From Octopus sinensis (Eukaryota), in the NCBI RefSeq assembly GCF_006345805.1, contig NC_043012.1, positions 3,162,001 through 3,226,000 on the forward strand: a stretch of DNA of 64,000 bases. Direction: 5' to 3'. The position numbers and the translations under genes are program-made. The notes below the pieces were generated by a model. The model saw only the letters and a program-made list of their open reading frames with translations, was not told where the DNA came from and searched no databases. Positions 56,204 to 64,000 of the stretch are shown piece after piece. The first letter of the stretch is position 1, and each line of letters opens with the position of its first letter.

Positions 56204-56366
56204 CTCGGTTTTCGGAGATTTCACAAATTTATATTTTCTGATTATGGTAGCGATAGCAAGCTTAAATTCCAATCTTGCCATTTTCATGCCTATACACATT
56301 CTTGGTCCAATGCCGAATGGTAAGAAGGTATAAGGATTCAGTTTGTCTTTTGCTTCAGGTGCAAAT
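56204..56366 (-). CDS. Cytochrome P450 (clan 3/CYP3-like) penultimate exon with heme-binding motif
   Basis: TTCAG|(R)FAPEAKDKLNPYTFLPFGIGPRMCIGMKMARLEFKLAIATIIRKYKFVKSPKTE|GTAAGA; contains the FxxGxRxCxG heme signature; 163 nt, phase 2/0, as recalled for CYP3A exon 12. Confidence 0.93.
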
Positions 56367-56523
56367 CTGAAGATTAGAGTACCGTTATAAGAAAATACCA
56401 AATGATTCGTAAATCAAGACAGCTTTGCGATACGCTAAAAAGTAATATAAAACACATACAATTTTGGGAATGAGAATTTACCTTGTAAGGTGCATAATAT
56501 ATCGTTATTCATCTATGTGTATT

Positions 56524-57760
56524 TTGTATTGTAGCAAAGAACTATACCAGGTAGCTATGAGGGAGGTTAGAAGACAGGTATGCTTGGCCAGGGGAGAAGC
56601 AGAAAGGAGAAAGCTTGTCAATGGCCTGCGATGTGAAGACCAGAAGCTTGAAGTATTTTGGATTGCAAAACATTGTCAGAGAAGATCGTGCTGTGGTAGC
56701 AGAGCAATGTGTTCTCATAGATGATGGCTCACTTGCAGTTAGTGATTTTGCAAAGAAGAGGCTTGGAAGTGCCACTATGAAAGGTTGCTAAATGTAGAAA
56801 ATGCATGGGAGAAGGAGAGCCTGCTTAACCCTTTCGTTACTGTATTTATTTTGAGATGCTCTGTGTTTCTTTCAATTACTTTAAATATAACAAAGAATTC
56901 AGTAAAATAACATAGTTATCATTAAGCTAGTGTAAGGAACATAAATTGAGATTAAGGTTTGGTGGAAGATTTTCATTCAAAACTTATGAAAACAGCACAT
57001 TTATACTCAGAGCCAGAGCCGGTTTCAGCCGGATAGGTAACGAAAGAGTTAATCTGAACCGAACAGAGAGACCAGCCATCTGGATGACAGTAGCTTAGTA
57101 GATAAAGCAACTAAGGATATGGAGACAGGAAAAGCCTTCAGCCCATCAGGAATCACTGCTGAGATGCTTAAAATATCTGGCAGAGTGAGATATGACTTGG
57201 TCACCATTATAGTTAATCAGGTTGTCCAAGTGGGAGTCATGCCCAATGATCAGAGAAGCAATATTATAGTCAACTGCTACAAAGACAAAGGTGATGTCCT
57301 AGACAGAAATAATTACAGAGGCATCAAATTTCTGGCCCAGGTGATGAAAGTTGCAGAAAGGGACGTAGCTCAATTAATTAGGAAAAGAATTAGCATAAAT
57401 GAGATGCAGTTTGGATTTGTACTTTGAAGAATCAACACTGATGATATCTTCCTGATGAGGCAACTGCAGGAGAAATACATGGCCAAAAACGAACGTCTGA
57501 TTTTGGCTTTTGTTGATATGGAAAAGGCCTTTGACTGGGTTCCCCATTCCCTTGTCTGGCGGGGAATGAGGACACTAGGGATAGATGAGTGATTAGTGAG
57601 AGCTGTACAAACATGTACAGGGATTCTGTCAGTAAGGTGAGAGTCGACAATGAGTATGGCAAGTAGTTTAGTGTAAAACAGGAGTCCATCAGGGATCAGT
57701 TCTTAACCCCCTCTTGTTTATCATGGTCCTCCAAGCTATAACCGAGGAATTTAAGACTAG
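56524..57760 (+). mobile_element. RTE-clade LINE reverse transcriptase fragment, interrupted by a TTAA MITE
   Basis: GKAFSPSGITAEMLK, YKDKGDVLDRNNYRGIKFL, EMQFGF, FVDMEKAFDWVP, GVHQGSVLNPLLF. Confidence 0.9.
56829..57048. mobile_element. piggyBac-type MITE inserted in the RTE fragment
   Basis: TTAA|CCCTTTCGTTAC ... GTAACGAAAGAG|TTAA. Confidence 0.85.
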
Positions 57761-57974
57761 CTTCTAATGTATGGGTGCATGAGGTTATCAGATGTGTGTA
57801 TGTATGTGCAAAGGTATGGGTGAGTATATACTTTATGTGAGTAGCATGCGTGTGTGCATGTGTTGCTTTTAGGTGTGTGTGTGTGTTAAAGGCATGAATG
57901 TGTGTTTGTGCATAAAGTGTGTGCTCAGGCATTATGTGTGTTTATGTGTGAATATTGTTTACGTTTGCGCGTAA

Positions 57975-58275
57975 CCACAGGTGACACCAACAACATCCTC
58001 ATGCCTTAAGGCTACCAAAGATACACAAGGAATGCATATATGGCCAGCACCCAAGCCTGTAAATATATCGGACTGTCCAGCTCAGCTTTCGAGTGAAGCT
58101 TCTGCAACCACCACTCAACCTTTGGAGTCCCTGGCCAGCTATGTGTGGCACCTCAGTGATCAAGGGATCCCATATGATATCAGGTGGAAGATCATAAAAC
58201 ATCCAGGCCCATATATTAATGGGAACAGATGCTGTAAGATCTGCAAAATAGAGCAAACCAAAATTCTTAAAAAGT
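57975..58275 (+). mobile_element. Penelope-like element GIY-YIG endonuclease remnant
   Basis: One frame gives CKYIGLSSSAFE*SFCNHHSTF; the next gives SLASYVWHLSDQGIPYDIRWKIIKHPGPYINGNRCCKICKIEQ, typical of PLE GIY-YIG C-termini. Confidence 0.85.
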
Positions 58276-58290
58276 AGAAATATAGATTAA

Positions 58291-58518
58291 TTGCCAACAT
58301 AACATGGCAGTCCTGGTTTAGGACCAATGTTGCTGTAATTTAGCCCCAGGAGACATCATCTCCAGCTGGCTATATGACACGATCTGTGTCCTTATGTTTT
58401 CGAACAAGAGAATCTAGCATCCCCACTCAGCTCAAAACAATATCTGTGTATCGCGATTTCTGGGACTAATTTACAGCAATATTAGTCCTAAACCAGGACT
58501 GCCATGTTATGTTGGCAA
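58291..58518. mobile_element. MITE with ~60-bp TIRs
   Basis: TTGCCAACATAACATGGCAGTCCTGGTTTAGGAC... / ...GTCCTAAACCAGGACTGCCATGTTATGTTGGCAA; no clear TSD. Confidence 0.75.
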
Positions 58519-58788
58519 ACAATCTTTACTACAAAGTACTGTTGCTGAATATCTCGTGTTGTGAGATTTTAAAAATAATAATTTTCTAATTGTAAAGAAG
58601 TTTTCTGAAAATGTGTTCATTTCAAGCACGACTGACTGGAAAATTGGGTCTTCCAGTTTGCTGTTTAAGCTAATAAGAGACCTTCACAAAATAGATACTA
58701 AGCCATACTCAATATCATTTTTTCACTGTTAGTTGTTTAAAATTTTGTTGTAGCATTTTTCTGATTCGGTGAGGTGAAAAGTTAAATT

Positions 58789-58872
58789 AGTCTTTGCATA
58801 GAGTCTGATGAGCCGTCTACAAAGCTGTTGCTTTTGTGGATACAAAACTATCGGTCACTCTATGACCAGACT
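58789..58872 (+). ncRNA. Extended type I hammerhead with a G12A core mutation
   Basis: AGTCT..CATAGAGT-CTGATGA-G..GTCTACAAAG(ctgttg)CTTTTGTGGAT.C-AAAA-C(tatcg)G-TC-ACTCTATG..AGACT: 8-bp plus 5-bp helix I, ~10-bp helix II, GUC site. Confidence 0.6.
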
Positions 58873-59321
58873 TTAAGTTTATGCTTTATAAAATTAAGGC
58901 AAAATTTTCCTGAAGAAGTATCTATGTCAAATTAAGGGATTTGCCGAGGGTCCATGGATATTATAAATAATATTTAATAATATCCTAAGGATATGGTAAG
59001 GTAGTCCCATAAGAAGACATGTCTTGCGAAAACATATGTAGCAATTCGTTAATAAAAATATAAAAATCTCCATCAATGAAATATTTCTCATTATTAACAT
59101 AATTAAAGCAGGTAAGGCTATATATATGCTACAGGAGGGCCACAGTTAGACTCCCAGTTCCATAATAATATTAATGAGGAGTCTAATGTGGGTGTTGTGT
59201 GAGCCTGTATATGTTAAATAAAATGAGACTACAAAATGGTTTAAATATTTTAAATGTTTTAAATGTTTAATAATAAATATATATACATACACATATGTGT
59301 GTGTGTATATATATATATATA

Positions 59322-59610
59322 CAGTTGCGGCCAAAATGTTTAGAACGGCATTGTTTTCGTCAGAAAAGTAGGTATAATATTTTATCAAAGTTGTTTTGTA
59401 TTCTATAAATACGATATTAATTGTTATTGTCTGAGATTTTGGTGTACTTTGAGAAGATAATACAAAAGTTATGGATGATTTAGGGATTTACTGCAATCAT
59501 TTGACAATCATTTTCTAAAAAGAGAAACCGGTAAAGTAAATAAACATCTTTTAAAATTGCATTTTCAAACCTTCTTTCATATATAATTCCGCTCATGTGG
59601 TACCTTACAA
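59322..59610 (+). mobile_element. Tc1-like left end (truncated)
   Basis: TA|CAGTTGCGGCCAAAATGTTTAGAAC resembles Tc1 TIRs; no partner TIR found. Confidence 0.45.
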
Positions 59611-59740
59611 CTCCACTTTGATATATATATATATATATATATACGGGAAGCTTTATGAAAATAGACAAAAGACGAAGGCAGGTGGAAAACAAACAAACAA
59701 TTGTATTAGTATGGCGCTCAGGAAATATAAATAAAACAAG

Positions 59741-59778
59741 TCTTTAACGTTTCGAGCCTACGCTCTTCAACAGAAAGA
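59741..59778 (-). ncRNA. Variant minimal hammerhead (A6U core)
   Basis: TCTTT-CTGTTGA-A-GAGC(GTAG)GCTC-GAAA-CGT-T-AAAGA; palindromic ACGT helix III. Confidence 0.6.
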
Positions 59779-60359
59779 TACACACAGAGAGAAAAACACA
59801 GAAAGGAGAGAAAAAAAATGTGTGCAGTAACTAACGAATCAACATGGCGATCTGATTTCGGCCAGAAGTCAAAGATCAAACATGAGACGCGAGAGCGAAA
59901 TAAGGGGAGATAATAGGGTTGATAATAGGGTTGAATGACCACCTATTAGTGCGTAGGAGGGGTCTGGACGTGTGTATGTATAGGGTTGGTGTATGTATTA
60001 GTATGTATTAGTATGTATAAGGGTGTGTGTGTGTGTGTGTATGAGAGAGTATTAGTACGTAGGATAGGTCTGGACAGGCGTATGTATGGGGTTGGTGTAT
60101 GTATTAGTATGTATTAGTATGTATTAGTACGTATTAGTATGTATAAGTGTGTGTGTGTGTGTATGAGAGAGTATAAGTGCGTATGAGGGGTCTGGACGTG
60201 TGTATGAATAGGGTTGGTGTATGTATTAGTATGTATATATATATATCTGTATGTATGAAGATATGCATATGGGTATAGGTACATAAGTATGTGGGCCTAC
60301 ATAATAGTGCATATACACATTTTTAAGCATGTGTGTACATGTGAATATCTATATGCATA

Positions 60360-61230
60360 ACTTGCTTCTTCTCTCTGATTCATCAGCCCCCAATATCACT
60401 TTAGCTAGTACAATAAATAACTACTTCTATTTTTACAAACTTGACCATTATATCTTATTCTTCCCTCGTTTTTGAGGTTTACTACTCACTTTACTACCCC
60501 CACCCCACACCATAACATTTTCTTTGCCTATCTCCCCACCTTAGTACCTTCCAAACATATCACCCCACCTCCCAATCCTCATGCATATTCCTTCCTTACA
60601 TTCTTATTTCTTCCTTCTATCCCTCCCCCTATTCCTTTTATCCTGATAGCTCTCCTCTCCCATCTCCCTTACAATATCTTGACCACCATCTAGCACTCCT
60701 TTTTCTATTTTTCTTCCTGTTTCTTTCTTTCTTTCTTTCCTTATTCCTTTTGACTAATACCATTCTCCTCCTAACATATATATCTATTCACTTGTCTCTG
60801 TCTACCTACCCCTACCAGTACATTCTCAAAATTTCATTCCCACCACAAGACCCCTTTGAATGAACAACACATGGAATTTATGTCTCCACACAATCTACTT
60901 GTAATAACAAAACATGAACTCCAATTGGAATCTACATACCATGCACAAGAAGTATTTCTACCCATTCTATACAGCACTTTCTTTGGATAACGGACCTGCA
61001 ACATCCTATGTATAGATATAATTTTATTTTTTTCCTAAATAACGCCTTATATTGAACACTACTATTTCTCTCTAGTTAACTCTCTCATATTGTCTCTGAT
61101 GAAGGGATATCACTAATATCCCAGAAACAGTTGTAAGACTACCTTTCCCTTTATAAACGTCCTATAAATTCCACAGAGAATTGGTTATATTGTCTCAATT
61201 TATTTAACACTCATCCACCCACTCCCCACC
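60360..61230 (+). mobile_element. Probable Penelope pseudo-LTR/3' region ending at (TA)n and carrying a hammerhead
   Basis: CT-rich tail, hammerhead motif at 61092-61139, abuts the (TA)n array; GIY-YIG remnants nearby. Boundaries approximate. Confidence 0.55.
61092..61139 (+). ncRNA. Type I minimal hammerhead ribozyme (PLE-type)
   Basis: GTCT-CTGATGA-A-GGGATAT(cacta)ATATCCC-A-GAAA-CA(gt)TG-TA-AGAC: complete core, helix I of 4 bp, helix II of 7 bp, near-palindromic helix III ACAGTTGT. Confidence 0.8.
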
Positions 61231-61240
61231 ATACATACAG

Positions 61241-61289
<49 letters not shown>

Positions 61290-61802
61290 ATATTAAATTA
61301 TATATATATATACATATATATATTGCCAGGATAGCAGAAATCGGCTACTGAGTTAGGAGGAAGAATAAGCATATGGGTGGAGGGAGGTGCAGAAGGAGAA
61401 ATATAAAGAGACGTACAGGGTAGATAGGAAAAGGAAGGAAGGTATGTGAAAATAAAAGGAATGGCGATTGGTTGTGTGCATAGTAAAAGGAGGAGGGGTA
61501 ATTGAGAACAGGGAATAGAATTGAAAGGGTTAAGGAGAGGTTGGGGCAGAGAATCATGTATCAGTGTGTAGTTAGGAATGCTAGTAGTGAACAGTGTCTA
61601 CAAAACTGATGTGCATTTGGGCTTAAAAATATGAGAGGAGTTGAAGTGATTTGGACTAAAATCACAATAGCAACAACGATGATAGTGATGATGATGATGA
61701 GGAGGAGGAGGATGTTAGGCAGACAAGGAGGAAGAGGAGGGTTTTAGCAGAAAAGTAATGAAGTAGATTAAGTAAAAAACAGTAAAAGTAAATACAAAAA
61801 TT

Positions 61803-63159
61803 TTGGGTTTTCCAGAAAGTTCATGCCGATTTATAAGGGAAAGAAAAAGGTCAATAAATACTTGCCATTTCCTTTTTAATCAACCAAATATGAACCATTT
61901 TGTTACACAATGCATCTCCATCTTTCCTTTAACTTGAAAATACCCAAGCTTCACCAGGTGCTCATAAACGACGGATTTTGATAGGTTGAGGCTTTCTTCC
62001 AATTCTCAGGTTGTGCAATCTGGATTATACCTGAGGTGGTTTCATGGCAAAGAATTCATCAAGGTATCTTTTTACGTCATCCAAGGAATTGAAATTTTTA
62101 CCATTAAGACTATTCTGCAGAGACCTGAATAAGTGGGAATCTGAAGGAGCAATATCTAGTGAATATGGAGGGTAGGGTAACACATCCCAGCTAAGCTACA
62201 GCAATTTTGTCTGGTTCCCAAAGAAACGTGCGGTCTTGCATTATCATGTTGGAAAACAGCACCCTTCCCATTGGCCAATTCTGGATGTTTCTCTTGAATT
62301 GCTGCTTTTAACTCATCCAGTTGTGTGCAGTATTTCTCAGAATTAATTGTCTGGTTACTTGGGAGAGGCTCATAGTACAGAATTCCTTTCCAATCCCACC
62401 AGACACAAAGCAAGACTTTTTTAGAGTGAAGACCCGCTTTTGGGGTGGCTAAGGGTGGCTCATGTCACTTACTCCAGGATCGCTTTCTCTGAACATTTTG
62501 GTAGATAATCCATTTCTCATCACCAGCCACAATTTGCTTTAAAAAAGGTGCATTTTCATTCCATTTATAAAGCGAATTACAGATGGAAATGTGATCCAAA
62601 AGGTTCTTCTCATTCAACTCATGTGATACCCGAACATCGTAGCAATTTGTGTACCCAAGCTTTACCAGGTGCTCGTGAATGATGGATTTTGATAGGTTGA
62701 GGTTTTCTGCCAATTCTCGGGTTGTACAATGTGGGTTATTCTCAATTAATGACTTGATTTGGTCATCATCTGTAGTGGACGGGTTGCCAGCTAGCTCTTT
62801 ATCAATAAGGCTACAATCTCCAGTTCGGAACCTTACGAACTACTTCCGTACAGTTCTTTCGGGTAAAGAAACATCACCATAAACTGCGCATATTTCTTTC
62901 GTTGCTTGTGCGGCATTTTCCCCTTTACGGAAAAAGAAAAGCATCAAGTGCCGAAAATGAACTTTATTATCTGCCATTTTAAAGGGTTACAGAATTAACA
63001 CAGGTTATAGGAAGATAAACCTTCTTCCACAAAAAGATAGCTTAAACTGTGCTCTAAATGGAGGTGTAGTCAAATCCTATTTTATGGACTCAACCATGTT
63101 CTAAAATAAGTTGATAGGTAAGCTACTATAAATTGGCATGAACTTTCCAGACAACCCAA
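61803..63159 (-). mobile_element. Degenerate mariner transposon (second family)
   Basis: TIRs TTGGGTT(G/T)TC(C/T)(A/G)GAAAGTTCATGCC at both ends. Frames contain VSHELNEKNLL, GDEKWIIY, MLCVWWDWKGILYYE and HDNARPH. Confidence 0.93.
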
Positions 63160-63349
63160 TATATACTTGAATAAATTGAAAATATATATCATCCTTGGGG
63201 GTTAACAGTGTTCATATCCATACAACCTATATGCACACATTCAATAAAGATAAAAAGCATAAATCTATATGCATAAACGCATATATAAATATATTGGGTC
63301 ATCCCATAAATAATGTGGTTTTTTATACATCCTTTACTTTACAAAATTA

Positions 63350-64000
63350 AAATAAACAAAGTCCATTTTTAATCTCCCTGGCCACATAGTTGGCATGACT
63401 TTTGTTCTATGTGTGGGGTTATAAATTTCACTATGTTCAATTATAATGAGTGTTGGGGATTTTGATTTTTAAGTTGCTAGATGTATTCAGCCAATGAAGT
63501 AGTGGGCCAATTTAGGCTTTGTGTATGAGGGGATGTGTGTGTAAATGTGCTTCTTAAAGTTGTTGGCTGTGGCTTCAACATATTCTCTTGTAGTTGAACT
63601 GGTAATCACTTGACATCTGTAAATGATGCTTTTAGCAAAGCAGTTTCTTTTCAAAGGGTACTCAAGTGTATTTTTATAATAACAAGTTTTAGATGTAGAG
63701 GCTCCTCAGGTTGGATATATCAGTGTCTGATATTTGTTCAGAGCAATTGTAGAAGTATGTGGGAGATATGAAACAGTGTTTGTAGTTAGAGCAGCCAGTT
63801 GGGTTTCATTGAAGGTCATTCTGCACGGAGAGAAGAGGAATTGGGAATGTATGATGCTGGAAATCAGGATCAGTAAAATTAAGAAGTTGACCATCAGATA
63901 TCAGAGGATGTACAACATTGTATTTTTTAGTGTAAAGTTATTATTCCCAGTCATGTTATCTGCAGGGTTGGGGTTGTAGAGTACAATAGCCTAACTATAT
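63350..64000 (-). mobile_element. Penelope-like element GIY-YIG remnant (runs off the right edge)
   Basis: Minus strand: YPLKRNCFAKSIIYRCQVITSSTTREYVEATANNFKKHIY ... TSLAEYI*QLKNQ ... KSCQLC. Confidence 0.8.

Noticed and set aside
63292-63335. Third mariner (TATTGGGTCATCCCATAAATAATG TIR-like)
   Set aside because: Isolated ~40-bp end with no partner TIR or transposase sequence
56367-64000. Upstream P450 exons (ExxR/PER motifs)
   Set aside because: Searched the minus strand by eye and found none; the gene presumably continues beyond the window, so pseudogene status cannot be judged

Overview
AT-rich, repeat-dense animal genomic DNA. The SINE/MITE repertoire and microsatellite load look like an octopodid cephalopod (inferred from recalled repeat families, no database search run). 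Three spliced protein-coding genes are supported. (1) A TM6SF1/2-like EXPERA-domain gene on the minus strand, with 4 coding exons here and the rest running off the left edge. (2) A complete 11-coding-exon DNAAF4/DYX1C1 gene on the plus strand (22794-43886, 393 aa) with a canonical RFX X-box 27 bp upstream of its ATG. (3) The last two exons of a clan-3-like cytochrome P450 on the minus strand. The rest is transposon-derived: two decayed mariners, a decayed Gypsy integrase region, CR1- and RTE-type LINE fragments, Penelope-like (GIY-YIG) remnants, at least four SINE families, hAT/piggyBac/Merlin-type MITEs, Helentron-like elements, a probable solo LTR and tandem repeats. The most interesting signal, invisible in the ORF track, is a set of seven hammerhead-ribozyme motifs from about four unrelated sequence families. 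Most sit in short non-coding elements that end at (TA)n microsatellites, and one element is a perfect 86-bp-arm palindrome carrying a ribozyme on each strand. No cleavage activity, expression or novelty has been tested.
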